Assembly: GCA_004764695.1 (NCBI GenBank)
Contig: SMSO01000034.1
Location: 2,542,001-2,606,000 of the forward strand
Source of the DNA: Schizochytrium sp. TIO01
Taxonomy: Eukaryota > Protista > Bigyra: Labyrinthulomycetes
Direction: 5' to 3'
DNA: 64,000 nt
Shown: piece by piece, positions 41,801 through 51,672 of the stretch
How positions within the stretch are numbered: the stretch's first letter is position 1
Layout: every line of letters begins with the position of its first letter
The notes under the pieces: generated by a model
What the model was told of the DNA's origin: nothing
What the model saw: the letters and a program-made list of their open reading frames with translations, nothing else
Databases searched by the model: none
Translations under genes and position numbers: made by a program

Positions 41801-42494
41801 TATTTATGATGGTGCTTATGTCGTAACCGCTAGCATTGACGTCTACTTTGCCGACAACACGGAGACAGAGTCATTCCTGCTGGCTACCATCACATTGTGG
41901 GCGGCCATTATTGGTGGTTGCCTCCTTTGCTGCATGTGTGTCTACAGTGTTTTGCATTGCATCTTCCGTCGTGCTTTGATGGGTGAACGCGCAGCAATGT
42001 GGGTCGTCAAGAATGTCTTCTTCACCAAAATTACAGATCAGAAGGATCGTGACTTAAGCCCTGAAGCTCGTCGCCTTTCACGAATTGCTATGGGCCGCAT
42101 CACCGCTGAAGAAGTCACCTTGCGTCGTGTTCTTTGCTGCTTTCATTTGCTCGCACGCATTTGCCCGTGCTGTGTTAAGTTTACTGGTGATGAGTCCCGC
42201 ATGCCGGATCGTGACTCGATGTTGGCTGCCACCGTCAGCGATCTTAGTTTTAGTATGGCACGTAAACACGTCCCCGGTGAAGAGCGTATCATCGAGTTGC
42301 GTGCTCGCGAGGCCATCGAGTTCGAGCGCCACTCTATCCAGCTTGAAACTGGACAGATTCGCTACTATTTGTTCAACCCTCACACCGGCAAGAGTTTGTG
42401 GGAGGCTAACGTTCGCGTCGTTGATGACGATAGCTCTTCGTCAGATAGTTCATCCCATAACTCTCATTCGAAGAGGAGGTCTTCGCGATGGTAA
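38886..42494 (+). CDS. Type I membrane protein: LamG/ConA-like domain, cadherin/Ig-like repeats, TM, cytoplasmic WW-like motif
   Basis: Signal peptide; DFTLEFWI, LYHVVFS, FAFYSRSLNSTEIAQNF (LamG); NDQP and DPDGD motifs; TM LWAAIIGGCLLCCMCVY; RYYLFNPHTGKSLWE. Confidence 0.85.
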   Translation: MLAAMATMALLLLARAGATTGNYTVTEYAPDLFQTRVQEDLLMMYTFSQSECKARSFADAVSTDYVGDLAYSSSWAVLTKCPTYTDANDTEFDYAYNGAHFVGERYIDGSSGLTKDDSVISSSTIATLVNQLSGVTDFTLEFWIVPSFTSGNTTNQYVLFEIGGTKTDSTIGTSYTWVCSSGNYGLQILYDDTASNQYFTIEYKRSSSACGTIDTFDSTSLEAGKLYHVVFSAYTSGSTFYVNLSVQASGDSSATTTQGGVVGSIISFSSFTASHVLRLGSSPLTLSSLNTGTSPLYSWPGDMMHFAFYSRSLNSTEIAQNFDAKLRNSAPVAANAEVRHIFYEDTLTSVDFTKAIFDFDDVFGLTSEEMSYRLVAAADGDLLGNQFSIDGGSVFNFSSSVSITNNDLTWMNLEANAWGWDPDTTFGITGTDPNGVTSGTGTISPEVYGTEDTPEELDGLADENTRVAQAAAKLINFTIVDIDCSTRSVEESSSGVNDTFDEMALNKSCTEMGQITSITILAPNLTAPLGRLYLPEDGECPTFNSSRTEITANTTFSAGDSDYWYSYREGKAEVRLCFEACLTYDGSTNECPDGVDGSATAILGNLSYSFYGTDNQGQDGQVGTVTIVVTNVLTISQASYITHEETAVEITLSGTDEFCIRFSDNAACPRTKTYEITGLPDSYQGIVYRDQDGTDPVAVGDIIEGDGSTATLWIIPTTDYFSMDSWPICGPSLRTEDNPTVASYVYSYCVETDDAISTYPCEGPLCNGYTITMPPSFAYSNTTADLTGNAMGGCGASTDDGCPIELYASLVVELLTSEPLAASTVHVFNENDQPTVYFPNANLSGVYVANTTSVSWTNSTGGKEYIQIVDPDGDSRVMDVVIETPSRGKLLFPNATASDLNLRFSLNSANFMQGSTLLGMTGTLSEINEALKDLHYLVETTVSSDTLTFYVLDSTRDIGPASFNSDDLNAASIYDGAYVVTASIDVYFADNTETESFLLATITLWAAIIGGCLLCCMCVYSVLHCIFRRALMGERAAMWVVKNVFFTKITDQKDRDLSPEARRLSRIAMGRITAEEVTLRRVLCCFHLLARICPCCVKFTGDESRMPDRDSMLAATVSDLSFSMARKHVPGEERIIELRAREAIEFERHSIQLETGQIRYYLFNPHTGKSLWEANVRVVDDDSSSSDSSSHNSHSKRRSSRW

Positions 42495-43060
42495 TAAACA
42501 CAGATCATCTCGCTTCGCCCATTGTCCTGCTGTTCAACATTCTATACCATGGCGAGCATCCTAAAAAATGCACTTTGTGTGCATCATCTCTTTTGTCAAC
42601 TGCTCTACACTGTCCGGACCCTTATGTTTCTTTTGTTATGCTAAATGCTCAGTTATGTTGTTGTTTTTTACTAATTTTCTATTTTCATATTCATTTTTAT
42701 TTAAAAAGAGAGGTAAATTTTGCTGTAACAGTATTTTTTTTCTTTCATCTTTTTTCCTTTCTTAAGAAAAATAAATAAAAATATTTTCTTGGACCTATTC
42801 GTAGTTTTCCCCAAAGCAAGTTTGCCATCAACTCGCTACTAGAAATCGTCAGAAGGAAACAGAATTTGACGTCCCCCATAATAAAACAAAATGAGCTCTT
42901 CAAGCCTCCTGGGGGCACTTGAAGTGAAAAGATTATTATTCTTACTTAAAAATAAAATAAAAATCATTTCTTTCTTTTCTACCCTAATTAGCTTTGAGGA
43001 AAAAAAGAAAAAGTGTGAAAGAAACGAAGAAGAAATTTCTTTTTCATATATTTTACAATG

Positions 43061-46000
43061 TTAATTCTTTTTTGTGAATCCGAACGGAATGCGAAGTGGT
43101 ATTGTACGGAATGCTTTCACTCTTTCTTTGGTGCGATCTATCGCAATTGCGATGTTTTCTCGCGGACTCGCAGCAGCACTCGCCTCATTACGAGTCTCCG
43201 AAACCTTTTGCAGCTCACCCCGACCAACGCCATCCTTTTCTCCTTTCTTCACACAATCTCCCTCCTCAAAGCCATTGCGTTTAGGAATGGGAGCCACTCT
43301 CTTGGAACCCGCAGAAACTCTTCGATGGTGTCGTATAACCCGGTACAAAACCACGCCCAAAAGTACCAGCCCTACCATCGCTAAAACCGCCTTTCCAGCT
43401 TTCCCAACGCTCCTTTCCTTCGCTTCATCCGACGACAGATCTCCACTTTGATCTTCTTCGTCTCCTCCTCCCGAGGAATCCGAGTCCTCCGCCCCGTCTT
43501 CTTCGCCGTCTCCATCAGGCACGTTCGGCCGGTCGTTGGGCACGGAGCTGTTCGTGCCGTTCTTGGCGTCGCTATAGTACTCCTCGGGGGCGTCCGCCTC
43601 GTAGTAGACGCGCGCCGCGTTGCCCACCTCGGGCAGGTTCCTCGCGACCGCCGCCTCCACCATATCGACCACCTCTGAGTCGTCCGCCAGCTCCCACTCG
43701 AAGGCATCCTCGAGCGCCGTGGCGTCCACCAGAGCCGGCAAGCGGACGTCGAACCTCTTGGCCGTCTCGCCCAATCGCCTAACGGCGGCGGCGGTGGCGT
43801 TGACGGCGCCCGCGTCGCTGCCGGCGAGCGTCCACGGGTTTCCCACGAGGTCCTGGACGCCGGCGAGCTCGATGGCGATGTCCGCCTCGCTCCAGAGCGG
43901 CGCCTCGCTCGCGTTGAGCGGCAGCGCCACGACGACGTCGACCTCGGACAGCCTCGAGGAGCACGAGACCTCCGCGTGAAGCTCGCGGGCGCCGTCGGCG
44001 CTGTGCACGCTGGCCGCCAGCTCCAGCGCCGCGCAGTCCACGGGCTCGTCGAAGCGGAAGGTGGCGGCGGCGAAGGACCTCGCGGGCTTACGCAGGCCGC
44101 TGCTCGCCGCCCACGCGATCAGCGCCGGCCCCTCCACGTCCACGAGGCCCAGGCGCCTCTCGGAGACCCTCGCGCCGACGACCTCGCCGTCCTCCTCGCA
44201 GGCGGACCTGAGCTCGAGCGCGACCTGGCCGGGCCCGAAGAGCTCGAGCAGAAGCTCGCCGTCGAGGCTTACGGGCAAGGCGGACACCCCCGCCGTGCCG
44301 GACTTCCAGAGCTCCTGCCAGGCGCCGACAACGGCGCCGGAGGCGTCGCTCGCCGCCGCCCAGAGCGACGCCGCGGGCTCCGCCAGGTCCTGGGCGCCGG
44401 CGGAGGCCGCGAACTCGAGGCTGAGCGAGGGCGACGGCGCCGACACCGTCCACGTGGACCCGGAGGCCGAGAGCGGCCCCGACCAGTCGAAGGATGGGCA
44501 CAGCGACGGCCAGGACAGGTCCAGCAGCAGCTCCTTGGCGAGGGCCGCGTCGCAGGCCGAGGCGACGCGCAGGACGGCCCTGGAGTAGCGGAGGTCACGG
44601 CTGAGGCGCTCGTAGCTGACGCGGAGGAGCAAGCGGGCGCCGGCGGCGACGGAGACGGCGTAGGCGTGGTCCCCGTCGACGGCGTGGCCCTCCACCGCGT
44701 AGCGGATGTCGGAGACGCCGTCGGCGGCGACCTCCACGGAGACAACGAGGTCTAGGAAGGCCGTCGAGTTCTGCGGCGCCATGGCGCTGGCGTCGACGTA
44801 GAACGAGACGGAGCCCGCGTCGGAGACCGCGAGGCCGTCCGCCGGCAGCTCGTGAAAGTAGACGTCGAAGGCCTCGACGGCGTCGGTGCCGGCGACGCGC
44901 GGGCACCGCGTGCGGCCTCCGCAGACCTCGTAGACGTGGGAACCGGAGTACGGCGACTGGAATATCGCCACGCACAGGCTGCTGCCGTCGGCCCCGGTCG
45001 GCAGCACCAGCCTGGAGTTGACGAGGACCTCTGACGCTGCATTGGTGTCTGCGTTGATCAGGTCCACGGAGGTGCTGCGCCGCAGCGTGGAAATGGTTTC
45101 TGGGCTCTCTGCGCTGGGGCTCTCTGCGCTGGAAAGGGGAACGAAGTAGCTGAGGTCGGCCTCCTCTGAAGGTACAGCGAGGGACATACCCTCGTAGGCG
45201 AGGGTGAGAAGGGATTCGTAGTTGGCGTATCTCGCTTCGCTGGAGATGACGGCCGTGTCTTCGATGTAGATGTCGTCGTCGGGGCCCAGAATGACTTGGT
45301 TCGTGCTGACGTTAAGCTGCGAGCTGTTCTGAGCAGGGTCTAGCAAAAGCTGCAGGGGAAACTGTCGAGCGGTGCGCTTGTCGACGTCCCAGTGGTGCAA
45401 GAGGCTCAGCCAGTCATCACGCTCGCGCTTTGCACGGATGGATACGGCCTCGGGCGTCTCTTCTGGCGAGGATTTGTTGAGGAGATCAGAGTGACGTGCC
45501 TGCAGCTTCATGAACTGTTCAAGCTTTTCTACTTGAGTTTCACATTCGCTCCGCGACAAGAAGACCAGCTTGGATATGTCTGTGGTCCAAGCAATTGATG
45601 ATGATATGCCCAGAGAGCTAGTTGTGTAATTGTAAAAGACAGTGGAGGTTGAGATAACGTTGGCCGTACTTGCAAGTAGCAGAACCATATCTTCGTTTTG
45701 AGGTCCCGTCGTCAACGTAAGGTTGATTGGCTCAAAAAATGTGACAACTTCATCATTTAGTGCAGCCATATCTGCTTTCAAACGCGACACATTAGTTTTA
45801 CTTGGAAGTACTTCAGGCTGTATCGTCTTGAAAGATGCAGAAGCTTGGACTGTGGTAGCTTGTACTTGGTCACGAAGACTGTATGGAAGCACAGTATCTG
45901 TTACACTTCGCAACAAGAAGGAACCCTCAAGAGTAACGCTAGTGAATGCGGCATTCGCTTGCGGTCCGCCCAACATTGGAGGTGCATAGAGATAGAACAG

Positions 46001-49000
46001 TGGTAGCATCTCTGCGTTAGCGAGAAGGATAGTGTGGTTTGTATCCTTGGGTATAGTGGAACCAACAATAAGAGCGCGCAAAGTTGTGTTGAAACCTTGA
46101 GGCCAGAATTTTTCATTCTTCACGAATATTTGAATCTCTTCAATGTTTCTTGCGGAGTCCAGGTGCATCAACTCTGTTTCGGTCGGTAGCTGAGGCGGAC
46201 CAACATAGAGTGAGTGTTGTATAATAGAGTAGGCGTCTATCTCCTGGTACTGTGGTATAGTTGTGAAGTTTACGTTGCAAGGCAAATCCTCAGTACAAAG
46301 GTCGAATGACTCAATGAGGTCTTGATCTATAGCCTGACCAGTGGCAAGCGTACTACGTAGTACAGCTGACGTGCTGTTAACATCTGGGACGAGGTAGCAT
46401 GCTTGTGTCAAGTTGTGTTCACTGGATGAATTCTGATATCTCTGCGTGGTTGTGACGGTAACATCAATCTGTCGAGAACCTTCAAGTATGAGATCGAAAG
46501 GTAGCTCATGTTCCTCGTCGGGGACTCGGAAGTCTGCTACAGGATTCATGATTGAGATTGATACTTCCGGCTGAGGGTTGTAAATCACTTCTGTTGTCTG
46601 AGCACGCTTGCGTAAATCAATCACCCTAGTTGGTGTGTTTGGAGGGTATGCAAGTTCAAAGGTTTCCTGCATCTTAGAAAATGTAGCATAGTCAACATCG
46701 AGGGTGTACAGGGTTGCAGGGACCGCCCACTCTGAGTAAATATCTGATGGTGTGAGCGTGATGCGATTGTGACTGCAAGCATTATAGGTGAGGTAAACAG
46801 TAACGTTTTCGGGACGAATACGACAGGCCGTGGCATATGTCGTAAGTGAGAACATGTTCGTTTTCGTGTCTTGGATAATGATTTGTTCTAAATCTGATGA
46901 CACTTGCATGCCACTGTCAAGAAGCGCAACGGTAACTGTATCGTTGTTGAAGGCAGCTTCAAAGAGATGATCTTCGTATACAACTTCGAGCTTAACATTG
47001 ACATCTCGCGGAACGCTTAGAGTGAAGTTCCCATCATCGTTTGAAGATCCTTCAGAGATAATGAGGCCTGTTCTTACACTCCGTGCTACGACTTGCACGT
47101 TTACTTTACCGCACCACCGACTAGGCTCACGAAAGGCTTGGTTGAGTGCCATAATGATCTGGCCAGAGATTGTTAGATTGTAGACATCAATGAGACGAAG
47201 ATTAGAGACAAATAAGTGTGATAGAGATACTCTTTGCGGTAGTGTAAGGGCGTTGTGCTGATCGCAATCACTAAAGTCGAGACCAGGAGGGCATAGACGA
47301 ATACTTGTATCCAAATTAGGCTTAGATACGGAATGCAGAATAACATAAGACGTGTCGGAGAGCTCCGCCTTGTCAATAATTTCCTGTATAATACGGCCAC
47401 TCTCATCACTTTTCGCCCTTGTTACGTATTCTGTAGAGTTTGTTCCAATGCTGTATGTAATAGATGCATCTTCGGTTACCGTCGTGGCATCAACGGTATT
47501 GATTACAGCATTGATCATGCTGTGAAAGTGTACGATGTGGTCATGCTCACAAATCTCAATATGTGGCATTTCATTTGAGGTGTATTCAGAAAAATCCCAA
47601 TTCGCAGGCTGATATGAATCTTGCCATATGTAAGAAAGACAAAACCCAAAGGCGAATCCGACTGGTAAATATCCAGCAATGCCACCATCCTTAGTATTAA
47701 TGTAGTTCTGGTCCATGCCAGTACAGGTTGCAGAAGAGAGTGATTGTTGACCGCTGGAATATGATTCACCATTGATTGAATATTGGATTTGATAACCGAC
47801 AACGATTTCTGGCAAAGCTGCGGTCAAAAATTGAAGTGTATGCCATAATTCCAATACGGAGGACCCTGTGTCAGTAATGTTTTGATAAAGTTTAAGAGGG
47901 TGAAAACTTTGATTGTATACTGCAAAATCAAACGCATCGGCTGTCTGGTAAGGTAGCTGAACAAGTACAACACCGAGCTCACTGTCTCGACATACATAGT
48001 GCTGGCATCCAACACCGCTGCGGTCTTCCGGACACTGATTATTTTCATCCACTGAGATAGGTTCGACAAGGCCCTCGGTGCCGCAATAAGTACCTCCGGG
48101 ACAAGGAAAACGGTTACCCAGAGGGCAATAAAATCCTTGCTCGCATTTGTAGCAACTGTCTGTCAGGGATTTAGGGTCCTGAATATAGTATCCATCAAGA
48201 CATGTATGGCAATCGCGTGAACCAAGGTACCCTGCCTCATGCTTAACAAGATTCTTCATTGCATCTGATGATTTAAGCCAGCAATTTGGAGTCGAACTCC
48301 ATACTTCAACGTCAGAGTTGTAGCGAACAAGAACACAGCTTGGGTGAGCCTGACAAAGACGTCGACACGTGTGAGGATCCTCAATTGAATAGAACCACTG
48401 GAGATCATAATATGGTGCATTCAATAGCGGTAACATGCATCCACGCTGGTTGAAAAATCCAGCAGCAGTTATTGGTGTATTCTTGAGACCATAATCATCT
48501 TTACAATAGAGATTTCCAGATAAAACCGTACCATTGGATAAGTTGTTATTTAGAATTGCGATTCCAGTTATTTGACCCTTATATAAGTTGCATGAGCTGT
48601 CTTCCTCTTGAAATCTCCAAGACATACAGGCATCAACCTCATTTCTAGGCGTTCTTGCCAAGAGCTTGCACATGTACTTGTTTGTAATAATTTTACTTAC
48701 CCTGATTTTATCCATTTTTTGAAGATTTGCGTTAGACTCATACTGAGTGTTTGTCCTTAGGTATGAGCCTACAGAGATACTTGCTTGAATACCTTCTGTG
48801 TCACTAAAGGTTGCAACATAACACGGGTGAACCCATGTTTCAGAAAAGGACTTTGGGCGTACCGTACCATTTCCAACAAACCAATCATACTCTGTCTGAC
48901 AAAGTTCGTCGTTGACACTGTAGCATCTATTTGAATCTCCGCCAAGTGTCGAGCCTACGAAAGCGAATTCTCCTTCTTCATCAGTCTTGATATATGCACC

Positions 49001-49312
49001 TCGGAAATACGAATATGCGAAACTATCTGCACAAGCTTGCCAGCAATCTTGTGGAGTTGATGCAAAGTCAGTTTGAATAAGCCCGAGCTCATGTTCGTAT
49101 TCGCCTAATACCATGCAGCCTGGCGATTTTTCTACATAATTAATTCCGTCAGCTATCAATTGTGTCTTGAGGGTGATTTCGTTTTCTTGGGCGAATGAGT
49201 CATGAATACTTGCTACCCAAGCAATGAATACGCACACAAGTCGCATTACGTGTTTCAAATAGTTCATAGCTGGATAGCTGCTACGTTTGGAATTTGCCAA
49301 GCAATAGATCAT
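43061..49312 (-). CDS. Very large type I surface protein with PAN/Apple and GCC2/GCC3-like Cys modules
   Basis: 2083 aa. Signal peptide, CRRLCQAHPSC...CWLK (PAN), CEQGFYCPLG...CPGGTYC, C-terminal TM. Paralogous to 51673-55389. Confidence 0.85.
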   Translation of the reverse strand: MIYCLANSKRSSYPAMNYLKHVMRLVCVFIAWVASIHDSFAQENEITLKTQLIADGINYVEKSPGCMVLGEYEHELGLIQTDFASTPQDCWQACADSFAYSYFRGAYIKTDEEGEFAFVGSTLGGDSNRCYSVNDELCQTEYDWFVGNGTVRPKSFSETWVHPCYVATFSDTEGIQASISVGSYLRTNTQYESNANLQKMDKIRVSKIITNKYMCKLLARTPRNEVDACMSWRFQEEDSSCNLYKGQITGIAILNNNLSNGTVLSGNLYCKDDYGLKNTPITAAGFFNQRGCMLPLLNAPYYDLQWFYSIEDPHTCRRLCQAHPSCVLVRYNSDVEVWSSTPNCWLKSSDAMKNLVKHEAGYLGSRDCHTCLDGYYIQDPKSLTDSCYKCEQGFYCPLGNRFPCPGGTYCGTEGLVEPISVDENNQCPEDRSGVGCQHYVCRDSELGVVLVQLPYQTADAFDFAVYNQSFHPLKLYQNITDTGSSVLELWHTLQFLTAALPEIVVGYQIQYSINGESYSSGQQSLSSATCTGMDQNYINTKDGGIAGYLPVGFAFGFCLSYIWQDSYQPANWDFSEYTSNEMPHIEICEHDHIVHFHSMINAVINTVDATTVTEDASITYSIGTNSTEYVTRAKSDESGRIIQEIIDKAELSDTSYVILHSVSKPNLDTSIRLCPPGLDFSDCDQHNALTLPQRVSLSHLFVSNLRLIDVYNLTISGQIIMALNQAFREPSRWCGKVNVQVVARSVRTGLIISEGSSNDDGNFTLSVPRDVNVKLEVVYEDHLFEAAFNNDTVTVALLDSGMQVSSDLEQIIIQDTKTNMFSLTTYATACRIRPENVTVYLTYNACSHNRITLTPSDIYSEWAVPATLYTLDVDYATFSKMQETFELAYPPNTPTRVIDLRKRAQTTEVIYNPQPEVSISIMNPVADFRVPDEEHELPFDLILEGSRQIDVTVTTTQRYQNSSSEHNLTQACYLVPDVNSTSAVLRSTLATGQAIDQDLIESFDLCTEDLPCNVNFTTIPQYQEIDAYSIIQHSLYVGPPQLPTETELMHLDSARNIEEIQIFVKNEKFWPQGFNTTLRALIVGSTIPKDTNHTILLANAEMLPLFYLYAPPMLGGPQANAAFTSVTLEGSFLLRSVTDTVLPYSLRDQVQATTVQASASFKTIQPEVLPSKTNVSRLKADMAALNDEVVTFFEPINLTLTTGPQNEDMVLLLASTANVISTSTVFYNYTTSSLGISSSIAWTTDISKLVFLSRSECETQVEKLEQFMKLQARHSDLLNKSSPEETPEAVSIRAKRERDDWLSLLHHWDVDKRTARQFPLQLLLDPAQNSSQLNVSTNQVILGPDDDIYIEDTAVISSEARYANYESLLTLAYEGMSLAVPSEEADLSYFVPLSSAESPSAESPETISTLRRSTSVDLINADTNAASEVLVNSRLVLPTGADGSSLCVAIFQSPYSGSHVYEVCGGRTRCPRVAGTDAVEAFDVYFHELPADGLAVSDAGSVSFYVDASAMAPQNSTAFLDLVVSVEVAADGVSDIRYAVEGHAVDGDHAYAVSVAAGARLLLRVSYERLSRDLRYSRAVLRVASACDAALAKELLLDLSWPSLCPSFDWSGPLSASGSTWTVSAPSPSLSLEFAASAGAQDLAEPAASLWAAASDASGAVVGAWQELWKSGTAGVSALPVSLDGELLLELFGPGQVALELRSACEEDGEVVGARVSERRLGLVDVEGPALIAWAASSGLRKPARSFAAATFRFDEPVDCAALELAASVHSADGARELHAEVSCSSRLSEVDVVVALPLNASEAPLWSEADIAIELAGVQDLVGNPWTLAGSDAGAVNATAAAVRRLGETAKRFDVRLPALVDATALEDAFEWELADDSEVVDMVEAAVARNLPEVGNAARVYYEADAPEEYYSDAKNGTNSSVPNDRPNVPDGDGEEDGAEDSDSSGGGDEEDQSGDLSSDEAKERSVGKAGKAVLAMVGLVLLGVVLYRVIRHHRRVSAGSKRVAPIPKRNGFEEGDCVKKGEKDGVGRGELQKVSETRNEASAAASPRENIAIAIDRTKERVKAFRTIPLRIPFGFTKKN

Positions 49313-51672
49313 TTTTAAATGTACTAGAACATCACAACTAATCTTGTTTTCATCTCTCTCTCTTTATTTCATATCAGACTGACTTGGTTTTCTGATGAAT
49401 GATTGATTCTGCCTGCATGAACCGTTGGTTAAGAGTATAATAGTAACCGCCAAGCTTCATCATTCAAATGTATGTGGTGCTATGGTACAGCTCCAAAAGT
49501 TTAGACAACTAGTAGACTTGTCCATGGAATGAGCCTAGGGATCTAATACAGCATTAGCTCTGATGACTATATCTCTCGGTCAGGCATGATTGGTATTTAT
49601 TTGAACCACCTACAACTGCCAAAATACAAGCACAACTAAATTGATGCCATTATCCCTTGAGGCGTTATGATGGTATCTCGCTGTAACAGCCAGAGTTGCA
49701 TTGTCTCTTGAAGATGTAGCAAAAGGTCTCCGCCTCTCCGTACTAGACGTAGTAGTTCTTTAAAACGGACTAGCGTTACCTAATTAGAGACCTTACTGGT
49801 AGCGTAGCTCATAGTGCCTTTGAGCAAATACAAGAAAGATGCTGTGAGGCTGCACGGCACACTAAAGAGCGACCTTGAGCCTGGACCTATTTCCATCAGA
49901 TAGTCTTTGAGAAATTACCTGAGTACCTGTCTCCCTACTCAGCCACTATTCAAGGAAAAAACAGAAGAAAACAACAGAAGAAGAAAAAAAATAAAAAATC
50001 GTTCCCGCCTATCGCACTTTCTCTTATGAAAGTTGGGGTACGAATCTAATCTCGCTTGCTTTTGTCCAAAGCTTGCCAGATCGAACTGCAGTCGTTGGCT
50101 CGCCATGGCAAAGAGCATCGTTCGCTATTCTTCGCCAGACGAGCAGAAAGTGTTTCGTAAAAGTCGAACCGTCCATCATGATCTCATGGTCATTCTCCCG
50201 AAACTATGCGCATCGAACACCCCTAAAGTGCATTCCTTCATCTCATTTCACAACAGCCGAAACGACCGCGATGTCAATGCACGAGGTAGTCCTCCCCATC
50301 GGCGATAAGGAAGTTAGCCTTAACTTCGTGGAGACATTGAACTCGAAATGAGGAATGTGGCCTGATCTATCGTCACTGCAGGGCTTTGTTATTATTAGAA
50401 AACTATTCATCGGGCTAAACCAAGGTCTGGAAAAGGAAAACGCTGTGCAGAATTTGGCTCTTCAAATTGGCTTCGTCTTTAAAGATGTTTGGACACGCCT
50501 AACGTCACTTTGTGCTAAAGCTTGAGGTAGAAGAAAGCAGGCCTTGCCAAAGTTCCTGCACACCCTTCGAGTTGCAATGGGAAGAGCCTTCGCTCTAGCT
50601 AGGAGAGGCACGCGCCAACCATCGACACAACCTCGTAGGCAGCTTGTCGATAGCCTAAATTGCTCGCACGTCTTCTTTTCTCTCAAGTTTTGAGGCGCAA
50701 GACTTCTAACAATTGAGCGTTCCACTCTCTTTTTGAGTAGGAGCAGATCTTCCGTATTCATCATGGCAATAATTCATTTCTCAGATCCTATGCCTGCTCG
50801 TCGTTCAAGGAGTCTCTTTAAAGAAAACGCAATCTGCATGAACTGGAATATGCGTGCTGGAAATCGCTGCACAGTGAAGGTAATTTAAGCTCTTTCCCGA
50901 ACGGCTTTACAAGCAACACCATCAAAAACTGGCAGTAATCGAGAGCGAGGTCTACCTCCTCATAAGCATGTGGTCACCACTTCTTGTGCAAATGCAAACT
51001 GGTGCGTGTGAGCGCGAGCGTGTGTTTAGATGAGCATGTAACTTTTCATTCGACCAAGGGTCATCTTCAACCTGCTATATAAATTCTCTAGAGAGAGATA
51101 AAATCTAAACTTTATTTTATCATCATTTTAATCTTGCGCATTCACTTCCAAACCAAAGGAGACAAAAGGCTCATGTTTTGAGCGTGTGCGTGTTAGTGAC
51201 AATTCCGAGGGTGCTTTTGTGCTGGAATTTGTGCCAAAAACGGCGTGCGCAAATATAGGGATATGAAGTCAGCCACGCGCTAGGGTAACGAAGGAGGGAA
51301 AAGTTGGAACAATTTGAGTGAATGAGCGTGCGCCATCCGAACAAAAGTTGTAATTTCGAGCCATTTGCACCACACAAACAATGCAATAGATATAGGAAAT
51401 CATCCTATGTAGTTTAGTTCGTAGGTAGATACCTACTTCTGAAGGTCGAGGGCGCTTGCAAATGAACGAGTGAGCAAGTAAGCTAACGAGAGGGCGAGCG
51501 AGCGAGTGAACGGGCTGGTTCATGTGCCTACACAAAGGGGTTGATGTTTGGGCTTGCCATTTCTTAGCATGAGCTAGATTTGACAGACTTGCGGATGAAC
51601 TGATTATCTAAACTCATGACCTCGGCATGACCAAACCTCGAATACGGGTGAACTGATTCGGAACTCAGCTCA

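Noticed and set aside
43381-45042. Many overlapping Arg/Pro/Ala-rich ORFs
   Set aside because: Stop-codon scarcity in a GC-rich part of the 2083-aa gene.
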